Source: Patescibacteria group bacterium | Lineage (GTDB): Bacteria; Patescibacteriota; Patescibacteriia; UBA1558; GWA2-36-10 | Direction of reading: 5' to 3' | Assembly (NCBI GenBank): GCA_041650755.1 | Contig: JBAZKN010000005.1 | Span: 580-64,579 of the forward strand | Length of the DNA: 64,000 bases | Shown here: piece by piece, positions 28,294 through 37,611 of the stretch | How positions within the stretch are numbered: the first letter of the stretch is position 1 | Layout: each line of letters starts with the position of its first letter | Notes under the pieces: generated by a model | The model's input: the letters and a program-made list of their open reading frames with translations, nothing else | The model's database searches: none | Told to the model about the DNA's origin: nothing | Made by a program: the position numbers and the translations under genes

Positions 28294-29943
28294 GATTTTA
28301 TCCTCAATAAGAAAATCAATCTTGCTAACCTTACTCGGCTGATTTGGATCATTATAAGCTTTAAGTTTTATAGGAAGTGACCCATATAGGGTTATTTTTT
28401 TGTTTAGAAAAACTATCTTATCTATATAGTCCAGTAAAAACTCTCTTTTAGTATTAAAGTTGGTAGCTTGCTCAAATCTTGTTTTAGCTACTTCATAGAA
28501 TTGTTTGACGCTTGTTTCTATTACTTGCTTCTTGTGTAGTCTAGGCATTTTATTTATAAGCTGATTTTTTTGTGTTTTTAGATTATCTATTTCTTTTTCA
28601 CACAGGGAGCAATTTTTGGAATATAAGGTTCTAGTAATTTTGCTCTTGGCGTAATCATCTAGATATTGTTTTTTATCTTTGGTAATTTTTAATATACTAT
28701 TTTCAATATCGCTGATTTCATTTTCTACTTTTTCATGAGTTAAGCCATTTTTAGTTTTCATGTAGTCAGTACAAAGTAGTAATCTGTCAGGATCAAGTAG
28801 CGTGTCTTTAATCATTTTAAAAACACATTTTTCTATTTTTGGTGCTGATACCTCGGGATTTTTACACAAGTATTTATCCATTTTCTTAGAGTGCATCCTG
28901 TTTTTTACCTTTAGCCCACAGTGATAGGCAACTTTGTAAGTTATTTTAGAAGATCCATCTACTAGTTTATATTTATAATATCTCTGATAGGGTATATAGT
29001 TTCTACCGCAATTACCACATCGTATTAATCCAGATAGTAATTGTTCTTCTGATTTTTTCTTATAGACCTTTTTATTTTTGTCCAGTCTCTTTTGGACTTT
29101 ATCAAATAAGCCTTTGGAAATAATAGCTGGAACTTTGACGGCAATCCACTCTGATTTGTCTTTTTCTATTCTTTTGCCATATTTAATTTTATAAATAGAC
29201 TTCTCAGGTTTTTTCTCATATTTAGTTTTATTAAAATATTTTATGCCATAGTAGGTGGTATTGGTCAGTATGTGCCTTAATTTTTCGGTATCCCATAATT
29301 TTAAACCTAAATGAGTTTTAATACCTTTTTCTTCTAAATATACAATTAGTTGTTTCCAGCTTATTCCCTTAGCATATTGCTCATATATGTATTTAACTAT
29401 TTTAGCTTCATCCTTGTTGATTATCATTTTAGCCGGAGTTTTGTTTGTGCGTTTGATATAAGTATAGCCAAACATATTAGCACCACTGTTTAATACCTGA
29501 CCTTGTTTTAGTTTATGGATTTTACCTCTTAGGCTTCTTTCAATTATTTTGGCACGCTCCAGTTCAGAAACCGCACCCAGAACCGTTAAAGCAAATTTGT
29601 TCTCTGGATTATGGACATAATCCTTGCCGTTTATAATAATCTGCTTTTTGTATTTTAGAATCTCAGCAATGATAATTGTCTGGTAAGTTACTTCTCTGGC
29701 AATTCGGTCAGTATTTAAAAAATAAATCGTATCAAATAAATCGCTTTTTAAGTCATCTCTTAACTTATTCATTCCTGGTCTATCCAACTGTGCACCAGAG
29801 TATCCGTCGTCAATATACTCTTTGATTAAAACGTCATTATTTTCTTTTATTTGTTTTTTAAGCTCAGCGATTTGGCTCTCTATGGTTCTTTCTTTTTCCT
29901 GCAGAGCCGAACTAACTCGGGCGTATAGTACTGCTTTTTTCAT
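28288..29943 (-). CDS. Large serine recombinase (resolvase/invertase N-domain + recombinase + zinc-ribbon)
   Basis: 'KKAVLYARVSSALQ' catalytic Ser. Cys-rich zinc ribbon 'CGNCGRNY...YHCG'. C-terminal coiled-coil. Confidence 0.8.
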   Translation of the reverse strand: MKKAVLYARVSSALQEKERTIESQIAELKKQIKENNDVLIKEYIDDGYSGAQLDRPGMNKLRDDLKSDLFDTIYFLNTDRIAREVTYQTIIIAEILKYKKQIIINGKDYVHNPENKFALTVLGAVSELERAKIIERSLRGKIHKLKQGQVLNSGANMFGYTYIKRTNKTPAKMIINKDEAKIVKYIYEQYAKGISWKQLIVYLEEKGIKTHLGLKLWDTEKLRHILTNTTYYGIKYFNKTKYEKKPEKSIYKIKYGKRIEKDKSEWIAVKVPAIISKGLFDKVQKRLDKNKKVYKKKSEEQLLSGLIRCGNCGRNYIPYQRYYKYKLVDGSSKITYKVAYHCGLKVKNRMHSKKMDKYLCKNPEVSAPKIEKCVFKMIKDTLLDPDRLLLCTDYMKTKNGLTHEKVENEISDIENSILKITKDKKQYLDDYAKSKITRTLYSKNCSLCEKEIDNLKTQKNQLINKMPRLHKKQVIETSVKQFYEVAKTRFEQATNFNTKREFLLDYIDKIVFLNKKITLYGSLPIKLKAYNDPNQPSKVSKIDFLIEDKIL

Positions 29944-31621
29944 AGCTTAGTTTATTATATTCTTTATTAGTTATTTGCTTATTATCTAATAATCCATCTT
30001 TTTTATCTTGTCGTTGTAGTTTCTTAAGGGCTTGTAGTCTATTTATCTTATTGGTTATTACAAAAGCTAGTTTAGTATTTTTAATAGTCACAAAGCCGTA
30101 TAGTTTTATTTCATCAACACCTTTGTTATGGATATATTCTATTTTAGAGACGTATCTTTGTAAGAAATCTTTTGTTTTTAATTTAGAAAAATCAGCTTTA
30201 GCATGGTTGGAATAACTCAGCACACTATTTCCTATTTCTTGAGGATTATTAAAAACTGGCATCGATTGTGCCAGTTCTTTGTTTGTTTTTTCCAGTGATT
30301 GTATGTTTTTGTCATAACCATTAACTTTTTCTACATAGGTTTCTCTTTCCAGATCTCCTAAGGAGTATAGATCAACAATTCTTTGCTTTTGTTTTTGGAT
30401 AGATTTTATCTGGGTTTTGATTTGTTTGATTTCTTTTTCAACTTTAGCTTGGTTAACAGCATTGCTTTTGGAAAAATAATCCATACAGTTTTTTAGTTTA
30501 TCGGGATCAAAGACATATTTTTCAATCATCTTGAATATTTGCGGTTCTAATATTTTACTGTTAATTTCCCGGTTGTGGGCTTTATATAAACTACCGCCGC
30601 ATTTATATATTGTTCTTTGATAAATTTTTGTTTCTTTTTTCCTATATACTTTATAACACCTATGATAAGCAAAACATCTTTTATGACATACGCCGCAAAA
30701 AACTATATTGGATAAGGGCTGAGTGTTTTTAGCGTTGCGGTAGCACTCCAAATTATATTTAATTTTACTCTGCACTTTATCAAATAAATCTTTATCAATA
30801 ATTTGCGGAATCTTGATGCCAATCCAAGTTGACCTGTCTGTTGGCACTCGTCGTATAGTTTTACTTCTACCCTCAAGCCGATTTAAAGCATTGGTGTCAG
30901 TTGTAGTATTAAAATATCTTATACCAGTGTATGTTTCGTTATCTAACATTATTCTTATATGATACCAAGTCCATTTTCTACCTCGACGAGGTGGAATATT
31001 TTTTTCTTTTATCTTTTTAACTATTTCTCTGAAACTTATATTACCCTGGGCATAAAGTTTAAAAATATAGTTAACAACCTTAGCTTCTTTAGGATTGATT
31101 TCATATGAAGGAAAGGACTTATCACTTTTGGGAATATAATTGTAGCCATAAATGTTGCATCCGTGTGATAGTAGTTGCCCTTGCTTTAATCTATATTGCC
31201 TGCCTCGCATACTACGTTCTAGTATTTTAGTTTTTTCCAGCTCGGCTACAGCCCCAAGCACCGTTAAAGTAAACTTGTTCTCGGGGTTATGAATATAGTC
31301 CTCGCCGTTAATAATAATCTGTTTCTTATGCCGCAGAATTTCCCCGATGATGATATTTTGGTAAGTGACATCTCGGGCGATTCTGTCAGCGTTATGGAAA
31401 TAGATGCTATCAAATTTATTAGTTTTAATATCTTCCCGTAATTTATCCATCCCAGGTCTACTGAGCATAGCTCCGCTGTAGCCGTCATCTACATATTCTT
31501 TTACTAGAATATTGCCGACTTTTTTGATCTGCTTTTTGAGCTCGTCTACCTGACTTTCTATAGTTCTTTCCTTTTCTTGCAGGCTTGAGCTTACCCTAGC
31601 GTATAATACTGCTTTTTTCAT
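29912..31621 (-). CDS. Large serine recombinase (second tandem copy)
   Basis: 'KKAVLYARVSSSLQ' and 'CGVCHKRCFAYHRC...YKCG'. About 45% identity to its neighbour. Confidence 0.8.
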   Translation of the reverse strand: MKKAVLYARVSSSLQEKERTIESQVDELKKQIKKVGNILVKEYVDDGYSGAMLSRPGMDKLREDIKTNKFDSIYFHNADRIARDVTYQNIIIGEILRHKKQIIINGEDYIHNPENKFTLTVLGAVAELEKTKILERSMRGRQYRLKQGQLLSHGCNIYGYNYIPKSDKSFPSYEINPKEAKVVNYIFKLYAQGNISFREIVKKIKEKNIPPRRGRKWTWYHIRIMLDNETYTGIRYFNTTTDTNALNRLEGRSKTIRRVPTDRSTWIGIKIPQIIDKDLFDKVQSKIKYNLECYRNAKNTQPLSNIVFCGVCHKRCFAYHRCYKVYRKKETKIYQRTIYKCGGSLYKAHNREINSKILEPQIFKMIEKYVFDPDKLKNCMDYFSKSNAVNQAKVEKEIKQIKTQIKSIQKQKQRIVDLYSLGDLERETYVEKVNGYDKNIQSLEKTNKELAQSMPVFNNPQEIGNSVLSYSNHAKADFSKLKTKDFLQRYVSKIEYIHNKGVDEIKLYGFVTIKNTKLAFVITNKINRLQALKKLQRQDKKDGLLDNKQITNKEYNKLSYEKSSTIRPS

Positions 31622-31771
31622 AGTTTTTTGCTATACTTAGCTTATTACGAGGGGATGATACCGCAGGGGTGGATAAAGTCCAACTTATAATTGGTAAAGC
31701 CATATTAGACAATGAACGTCCAAGTCAGTCAAGTTTTGGAAAAACCGTAGTTCTTTTACAAATCTAAGAAA

Positions 31772-32650
31772 ATGAGACAGTCCCAAAACCCTTTTATACT
31801 GTCTCATTTGTCTCATTTTGGTGGAGCGAGTGTCGTGCAAGCAACCTTCACTGGACAGGAGTATGACGAAGAAAATGCACTTCAGTATTATGGGGCTAGG
31901 TATATGGATAATGAGACGGCGAGGTTTGCTAGTATTGACCCCATCATCATAAAAGTAGATTCTGTAAGTAAAGTTTTGAGCGATCCTCAGGCTTTAAATA
32001 GCTATGCCTATTCTAGGAATAACCCAATTATTCTGGTAGATAAGGATGGTAATTTTTATGTGCCATTTTTATCAAATTATATAAATAAAGTGGTTGGTGG
32101 TGCTATAGGTAGATGGATAGTAAATAATCCGAAACAATCAGCTGAAATTGGTTTAGGTTTTGTTCCAGTAGCCGGAGAAGCCAATGATTTAACAGAAACT
32201 ATTAGAGGCAGAGAAACTATCACTGGTAAAGAACTTAGCACCAATGAGAGACTGGTAACCGGTGGAGCAACATTGTTACCTTTTGTTGGAGGTAAGGTTG
32301 CTAGAGAGATGTTAAATAAGAGTGATGAGATTGTTACTTTATATCATGGGACGGGGCATTTTTTTACAGATATAGGTAATGAAGGATTTAAAAATGGAAA
32401 ACTTTGGTTAACTAATTCGTCGGCTTTAGCAGAACATTATTCTGATAATTGGTTGGGAGAAAATTTAGACAAAGGAGTTGTTAGGGTCATGTTGCCGAAA
32501 AGTATTTATGAAAGATTTATAAAAAACGGGAGTTTAATTATAGATAATAAAAATATTGATTCTGATAAATTTTGGAGTGGACTTAATATTAATGAATTAA
32601 AAACAACTTCAGAAGAGGTTATTAATACAATTAATAAATATATACAATAA
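31772..32650 (+). CDS. Orphan RHS C-terminal cassette 2 (short RHS-core remnant + toxin tip)
   Basis: 'FTGQEYDEENALQYYGARYMDNETARFASIDP ... NSYAYSRNNPIILVDKDGN' followed by a unique domain of about 200 aa. Confidence 0.6.
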   Translation: MRQSQNPFILSHLSHFGGASVVQATFTGQEYDEENALQYYGARYMDNETARFASIDPIIIKVDSVSKVLSDPQALNSYAYSRNNPIILVDKDGNFYVPFLSNYINKVVGGAIGRWIVNNPKQSAEIGLGFVPVAGEANDLTETIRGRETITGKELSTNERLVTGGATLLPFVGGKVAREMLNKSDEIVTLYHGTGHFFTDIGNEGFKNGKLWLTNSSALAEHYSDNWLGENLDKGVVRVMLPKSIYERFIKNGSLIIDNKNIDSDKFWSGLNINELKTTSEEVINTINKYIQ

Positions 32651-32651
32651 T

Positions 32652-33092
32652 ATGGACAAAACAGTATTTAAAGATAGATTTCGACGGGCAATAAAAAAAA
32701 CTATTGAATTAGCACAGAAATATGTAAAAGAAAAAATTCCCAAAGATTTTATTATTGATTTGTCGAGGATAGATAGTAAGGATACACATAAGTCTAAGTA
32801 TGAAGGTCGTTATGAGGATTTAGAAAAGGTGATCGAAAAGTTATATCAAGATGGTAGTGTGCCCAGGTGGGTTGATTTAAATGTTAAGACTGTGGAAAAC
32901 GACCTGTCGATTATTAGGTGTGAATATAGTAATATTTTTTTTAATGATGAGAGTAATCTTTTACATGAGGATGAGGGAGTGCCACCATTTCATATATTAA
33001 GTCCACATATACCACCCAGTCATTTCGATTTTGATAAAAATAAAGTTAAAGAGGGTAAATTTAGTATTAAAGATATTCCAAAGGAAGATTAG
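32652..33092 (+). CDS. Candidate immunity protein for cassette 2
   Basis: Starts 2 nt after the toxin stop. Confidence 0.4.
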   Translation: MDKTVFKDRFRRAIKKTIELAQKYVKEKIPKDFIIDLSRIDSKDTHKSKYEGRYEDLEKVIEKLYQDGSVPRWVDLNVKTVENDLSIIRCEYSNIFFNDESNLLHEDEGVPPFHILSPHIPPSHFDFDKNKVKEGKFSIKDIPKED

Positions 33093-33113
33093 TTTTATTT
33101 TGTTAGTAAATAA

Positions 33114-34640
33114 AAATCAGCTACCTATACCTACGATGACTTAAATAGGTTGCTTTCAGCTACAGTAAGCTATATTAATCATCCAGACAAAAACTACACC
33201 CAAACCTTTATTTACGACTCTATTGGTAATATGACCTCAAACTCTGATCTGGGTACAATGAACTATCTAAATAACAATCCTCATCAGCTCACCTCTGTAG
33301 GCTCAAGAAACTTTGTCTATGACAATGCCGGCAACCTTAATAGGGAAATAGGCCTAAGAAAGTACTACTGGGATCATAGAAATAGGCTAAAAAACACCTA
33401 TGATATAGCTTCAGAAAACAATACTTACTATCTCTATGACCATAATAACCAAAGATTCATCAAATGGACTGAAGACTATCTCTACTACCCTCCTGATCCA
33501 GAAGAGCCAACAGAAAGCATAGCAACCAGAGATCTACCTAGTATATCTGAAGAAAGTCTTAGCCAAGAAACCCTTGCTTTAGATGGCACGGGCTACTGGG
33601 CTTGGACTGTGGTTAGTCAAGACAAGTATGTTGATAAGTATTACGAGAAGAATCTCAATAATCAAACCAAGTCTCATGTCTTCCTAAATGGCATTAAAAT
33701 TGCTACAATTAATAATAATGATAATCCCTATTATATTATCAGTGATCATTTAAATTCTAGCAATTTGCTCACTACCCCTACTGGTACTATAGCTGAAGTG
33801 GAGGATTATAAGCCATACGGTACTACTAATTACCAGAATACTATTCAGGATTTATCTGATAATTATGGTTTCACCTCAAAAGAAAAAGATCCTGAAAGTA
33901 ATCTGCAATACTATGGGGCAAGGTATATGGATAATGAGATTGGGAGGTTTACCAGTATAGACCCATTATTGGTAAAGCTTCATAATCCCCAAGAAGTTAG
34001 CAGAATCACAGAGAAAGATTTAAGAATATTGTTAGCTGATCCTCAAAAGTTGAATAGTTATAGTTATGCCTATAACAATCCAATGATAATGAATGACCCA
34101 ACAGGCGAGGGTCCAGTTATAGTATTAATTGTAGTTGGTGTTGTTGAGTTAGTTTTCTCTGCTTGGGATGCCTTAGATACTAGTAATGCTTTATTTGGAG
34201 AAAATGTTAGTACAGGAGATAAAGTAGAATCTGGCGGGTATCTAGTAGCAGGGTTGGCACTTCCAGGTGGAGGTTATGGTCATGTTGATGAGGGTGTCTC
34301 TGCATTGAAAGCGGTCGATAAAACAGTTAGTAAATCTATTAATAATGCTGTAAATAAAATTGGTAATACTATATCTGATCATCTTACTAAGACCGATTAT
34401 GCAGGATTTATCAGAGATTTGAGTAAGGCGCCAGTTTGGAGTGATAATTTGAGAAGAAATTTTGACCATTATGATGAAGTGATGTCTGCATATAAAGGTT
34501 TGCAAAATAACGTGTCAAAGCTCACAAGATATTTAGATAATTATAATTTAGATAAAAAGACAGTTGATACTATAAATAAAGCCATTGATACAGCCAAAAG
34601 CCATATAGACAGAATAGATAATATATTAAGATCACATTAG
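33114..34640 (+). CDS. Orphan RHS C-terminal cassette 3 (no ATG; long RHS homology arm + TM-containing toxin tip)
   Basis: Frame is open from 33114. 33121-33420 is nearly identical at DNA level to 15181-15480 of the main rhs. 'YMDNEIGRFTSIDP...NDPTGEG', then TM 'PVIVLIVVGVVELVF'. Confidence 0.7.
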   Translation, partial: KSATYTYDDLNRLLSATVSYINHPDKNYTQTFIYDSIGNMTSNSDLGTMNYLNNNPHQLTSVGSRNFVYDNAGNLNREIGLRKYYWDHRNRLKNTYDIASENNTYYLYDHNNQRFIKWTEDYLYYPPDPEEPTESIATRDLPSISEESLSQETLALDGTGYWAWTVVSQDKYVDKYYEKNLNNQTKSHVFLNGIKIATINNNDNPYYIISDHLNSSNLLTTPTGTIAEVEDYKPYGTTNYQNTIQDLSDNYGFTSKEKDPESNLQYYGARYMDNEIGRFTSIDPLLVKLHNPQEVSRITEKDLRILLADPQKLNSYSYAYNNPMIMNDPTGEGPVIVLIVVGVVELVFSAWDALDTSNALFGENVSTGDKVESGGYLVAGLALPGGGYGHVDEGVSALKAVDKTVSKSINNAVNKIGNTISDHLTKTDYAGFIRDLSKAPVWSDNLRRNFDHYDEVMSAYKGLQNNVSKLTRYLDNYNLDKKTVDTINKAIDTAKSHIDRIDNILRSH

Positions 34641-34641
34641 T

Positions 34642-35082
34642 ATGATAAATTTAGAAAAGTCATTAAATGAATTAGAAGGCCATATTAACTCTAGCGATCC
34701 TAATGATGCACTTGTTAAAAAAGTGGAAGAAATTAGGAAAAAGAGATTAAAGGATTTAACAGTAGAAGATTTAGCTTTGTTGTTAAGACAGAAAATTAGT
34801 TTGGAGTTTGTAGTGCCATTATGTTTAAACAAATTGGATAAGGACATACTAATTGAAATGGAACGTAGTGGACTTCGCCTGCTGCCAACCTTATTGAAAA
34901 TCGAAAAAGATTTTTGGTCTGTTAATCAAGATTTGTATAATCAAACGGCTGATTTAATGAATGGTAAAATGGATGAAATTATGAACCCAGAAATGGATAA
35001 TCCAGTGGAGCTAGATAGTTATATATCTGATCAGTTGCCAGAGATTTTGAAGTCATATCAAAATTTTAGAGATTTAGAATAA
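34642..35082 (+). CDS. Candidate immunity protein for cassette 3
   Basis: Starts 2 nt after the toxin stop. Acidic helical protein. Confidence 0.4.
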   Translation: MINLEKSLNELEGHINSSDPNDALVKKVEEIRKKRLKDLTVEDLALLLRQKISLEFVVPLCLNKLDKDILIEMERSGLRLLPTLLKIEKDFWSVNQDLYNQTADLMNGKMDEIMNPEMDNPVELDSYISDQLPEILKSYQNFRDLE

Positions 35083-35186
35083 TAAATATACCTTCACTGG
35101 ACAAATAATTTCCCAACAATAAGACAGCACAACTACCTATTATAAATCATCTATACTCCGAGCCTATAAAATTTTCATAATAATTT

Positions 35187-35340
35187 GCCCCTCGACTTCG
35201 CCCTCTCGACTTCGCTCGAGGACTCCGTTCGGGGCATTCTCCTCGTCTAATATATTATAATTGGTTGAAGCTCCTCATGATGAATGAGGAGCTGAAACCA
35301 TGAGCGAGGAGTCCCAAATAGGGACGACGAGTCGAATGGG
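35187..35340. repeat. GC-rich MITE-like element (inverted copy of the element at 63116-63275)
   Basis: 'ctcgacttcgctcgaggactccgttcggggc' and 'ctcctcatgatgaatgaggagctgaaaccatgagcgaggagtc' are the reverse complement of 63140-63250, with the AT-rich centre replaced. Confidence 0.55.
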
Positions 35341-36623
35341 ATCATAGAAATAGGCTAAAAAACACCTATGATATAGCTTCAGAAGACAACACCTACTATC
35401 TCTATGACCATAATAATCAGAGGTTTATTAAATGGACTGAAGACTATCTCTATTATCCTCCTGATCCAGAAGAGCCAACAGAAAACATAGCAACCAGAGA
35501 TCTGCCCAGTATATCTGAAGAAAGCCTTAGCCAAGAACCCCTTGCTTTAGATGGTGCTGGCTACTGGGCTTGGACTGTGGTATCACAAGATAAGTATGTT
35601 GATAAATACTTTGAGAAGAATTTGAATAACCAGACTAAAACCCACCTATACCTCGATAATATTAAATTAGCTACTATAAATAATAATGGTAATCCAAACT
35701 ACATACTATCTGACCATCTAAGCTCTTCAGATATTATTATAGACAGCTCTGGATCTATTATGGAGTCAACTGATTACAAACCTTTTGGCAGTATACAAGC
35801 TGAATATACTGTTACAGACCCTATTTCAGACTACAAGTTTTCAGGGAAAGAGGTCGATGAAGAGAGTGCTTTACAATATTTTGGGGCAAGGTATAATGAT
35901 AATCAGTTGGGGAGGTTTGTAAGTATCGATCCAGCTACACTATCTATAAGTGATGAAAAAGAGTTTAAAGACAAGTATAATCGTAGTGTAGAGTCCCATT
36001 TATCTGATCCACAAAACTTGAATTCTTATTCTTACGTTGCTAATAATCCTTTAAAGAATACAGATCCAGATGGGGAAATAGTAGAGACCGTAGTAGACGT
36101 GGGTTTTGTTACTTATGATACTGGAAATACTTTATATAAAGGAGGCCAGTTTGTGGGTTCATTATTTTCTGGTGACTTTCAAAAAGTATCAGGTGCTTCA
36201 AATGCTTTTTTGGGGTCATTTGTTGATTTGAGTGTTGATGCTGGAGCTACGTTAATACCATTTGTGCCGGCTGGGTTAACTAGGGTTGATGATGCTGCTA
36301 AACTTGTTAATAAAGCCAAAGATTTTGATGCATTGGCCCAGCAGAGTAAAATGTTGAAAGGAATAGAGAACAGCAAGGCCATCAACACAATTAAAGCCGT
36401 ATTTAAGCCAAGTGACACAATCCCTGGCGGTACAATAGGTGCATTAAGGAATGAAATAATGACCGGTAATAAGACGAAAGACATATTTCACACTGAAAAG
36501 GCCAAAAATGTTATCAGTAATATAAGAAATGTTTTTAAGAGCGAAAATTTAAACAAAGTAGAATCAAGCCGTCTAAACAGTATTAGTAATAGCCTTCAAT
36601 CATTAATTAAACACATTAAATAA
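35322..36623 (+). CDS. Orphan RHS C-terminal cassette 4 (no ATG; RHS homology arm + toxin tip)
   Basis: Frame is open from 35322, inside the MITE end. 35341-35900 is nearly identical to 15421-15980 of the main rhs. 'GRFVSIDP...NTDPDGEIVE' followed by a unique C-terminus. Confidence 0.7.
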   Translation, partial: GRRVEWDHRNRLKNTYDIASEDNTYYLYDHNNQRFIKWTEDYLYYPPDPEEPTENIATRDLPSISEESLSQEPLALDGAGYWAWTVVSQDKYVDKYFEKNLNNQTKTHLYLDNIKLATINNNGNPNYILSDHLSSSDIIIDSSGSIMESTDYKPFGSIQAEYTVTDPISDYKFSGKEVDEESALQYFGARYNDNQLGRFVSIDPATLSISDEKEFKDKYNRSVESHLSDPQNLNSYSYVANNPLKNTDPDGEIVETVVDVGFVTYDTGNTLYKGGQFVGSLFSGDFQKVSGASNAFLGSFVDLSVDAGATLIPFVPAGLTRVDDAAKLVNKAKDFDALAQQSKMLKGIENSKAINTIKAVFKPSDTIPGGTIGALRNEIMTGNKTKDIFHTEKAKNVISNIRNVFKSENLNKVESSRLNSISNSLQSLIKHIK

Positions 36624-36633
36624 CAAATATTTT

Positions 36634-36951
36634 ATGAAATTATTTACGGTAACCACTACATTTTCGGACTTTACTTTTGCAGTAGAGCAATACGAAGTTA
36701 ATTCGCCAGAAGAAGCGGTTGAAAAGCATTTTAAAGAAGCGGGATGTTTTAGTGATTACAATAGAGATGAAATAGTAGCAATTATAATGAAAAGACTGGA
36801 GGAAAAAAACGCCCTTGTACACGCAAAAGGCCCAAGAGGTGTATGGCAGATTAATACAGGGGCAGAATTTTTAGATTTTGAGGGAGATCTTGAATCAATA
36901 TACGGTGGCTTAGTTATACAAACAGATCCACACGGGCCTAGATGGTCTTAA
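36634..36951 (+). CDS. Candidate immunity protein for cassette 4
   Basis: Small ORF 10 nt downstream of the toxin. Confidence 0.35.
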   Translation: MKLFTVTTTFSDFTFAVEQYEVNSPEEAVEKHFKEAGCFSDYNRDEIVAIIMKRLEEKNALVHAKGPRGVWQINTGAEFLDFEGDLESIYGGLVIQTDPHGPRWS

Positions 36952-36991
36952 ATAGTGAAAAGCCGATAATATGGAAATAGAAAATTAATTT

Positions 36992-37417
36992 ATGAAATTA
37001 ACTTATGAAAATGTATTTGCAGAGTTAAAGACTTCTATTCCAGAGCTTTATAAACATCCAGATTATGATGAAATATCCCCTGATTATAGTGGTAATCTAC
37101 CATATGTTGTGTTTAGCTATCTACAAATGTTTTATAAGGAATCTTTTAATAATGGAGATATTGAAACTGTTAAAAAAATTGCCGACTTCCTTGAAAGGGT
37201 TAGCTCGGTCGAAGATAATGATCTAAGGAGTTTATTAATGTTTGGTTTTATGGAAGTGCTATATGGTAACTATGATGATTTTGATAAAGATATGTTGGAT
37301 TATTTTGGAGAGAAAACCAAACAGGTTTTAATTGACACAGTGGAGCATAATTCTAAAATAGGCATGGAGGATAGGAATAAAGTATATAAGCTATTTGGTG
37401 ATAAACTAAAGAAATAG
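36992..37417 (+). CDS. Hypothetical acidic protein (second possible immunity-type gene)
   Basis: Position within the cassette. No motifs. Confidence 0.3.
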   Translation: MKLTYENVFAELKTSIPELYKHPDYDEISPDYSGNLPYVVFSYLQMFYKESFNNGDIETVKKIADFLERVSSVEDNDLRSLLMFGFMEVLYGNYDDFDKDMLDYFGEKTKQVLIDTVEHNSKIGMEDRNKVYKLFGDKLKK

Positions 37418-37611
37418 TTAAAGAGCCGTCTACATAGCGGCTTTTTGATAAACAATCTCCGAGCCTATAAAATTTTCATAATAATTTGCTAATGAGGTTG
37501 AGCGTTTTGCTTCAGCAAAATATTTAAGAAGAGAATAGTCCTAGCTTTAGAAAAATCAGTATACTCGACCATTTTTTTGCGAAATTTGGATTATTTTGTT
37601 AGTATTAAACC

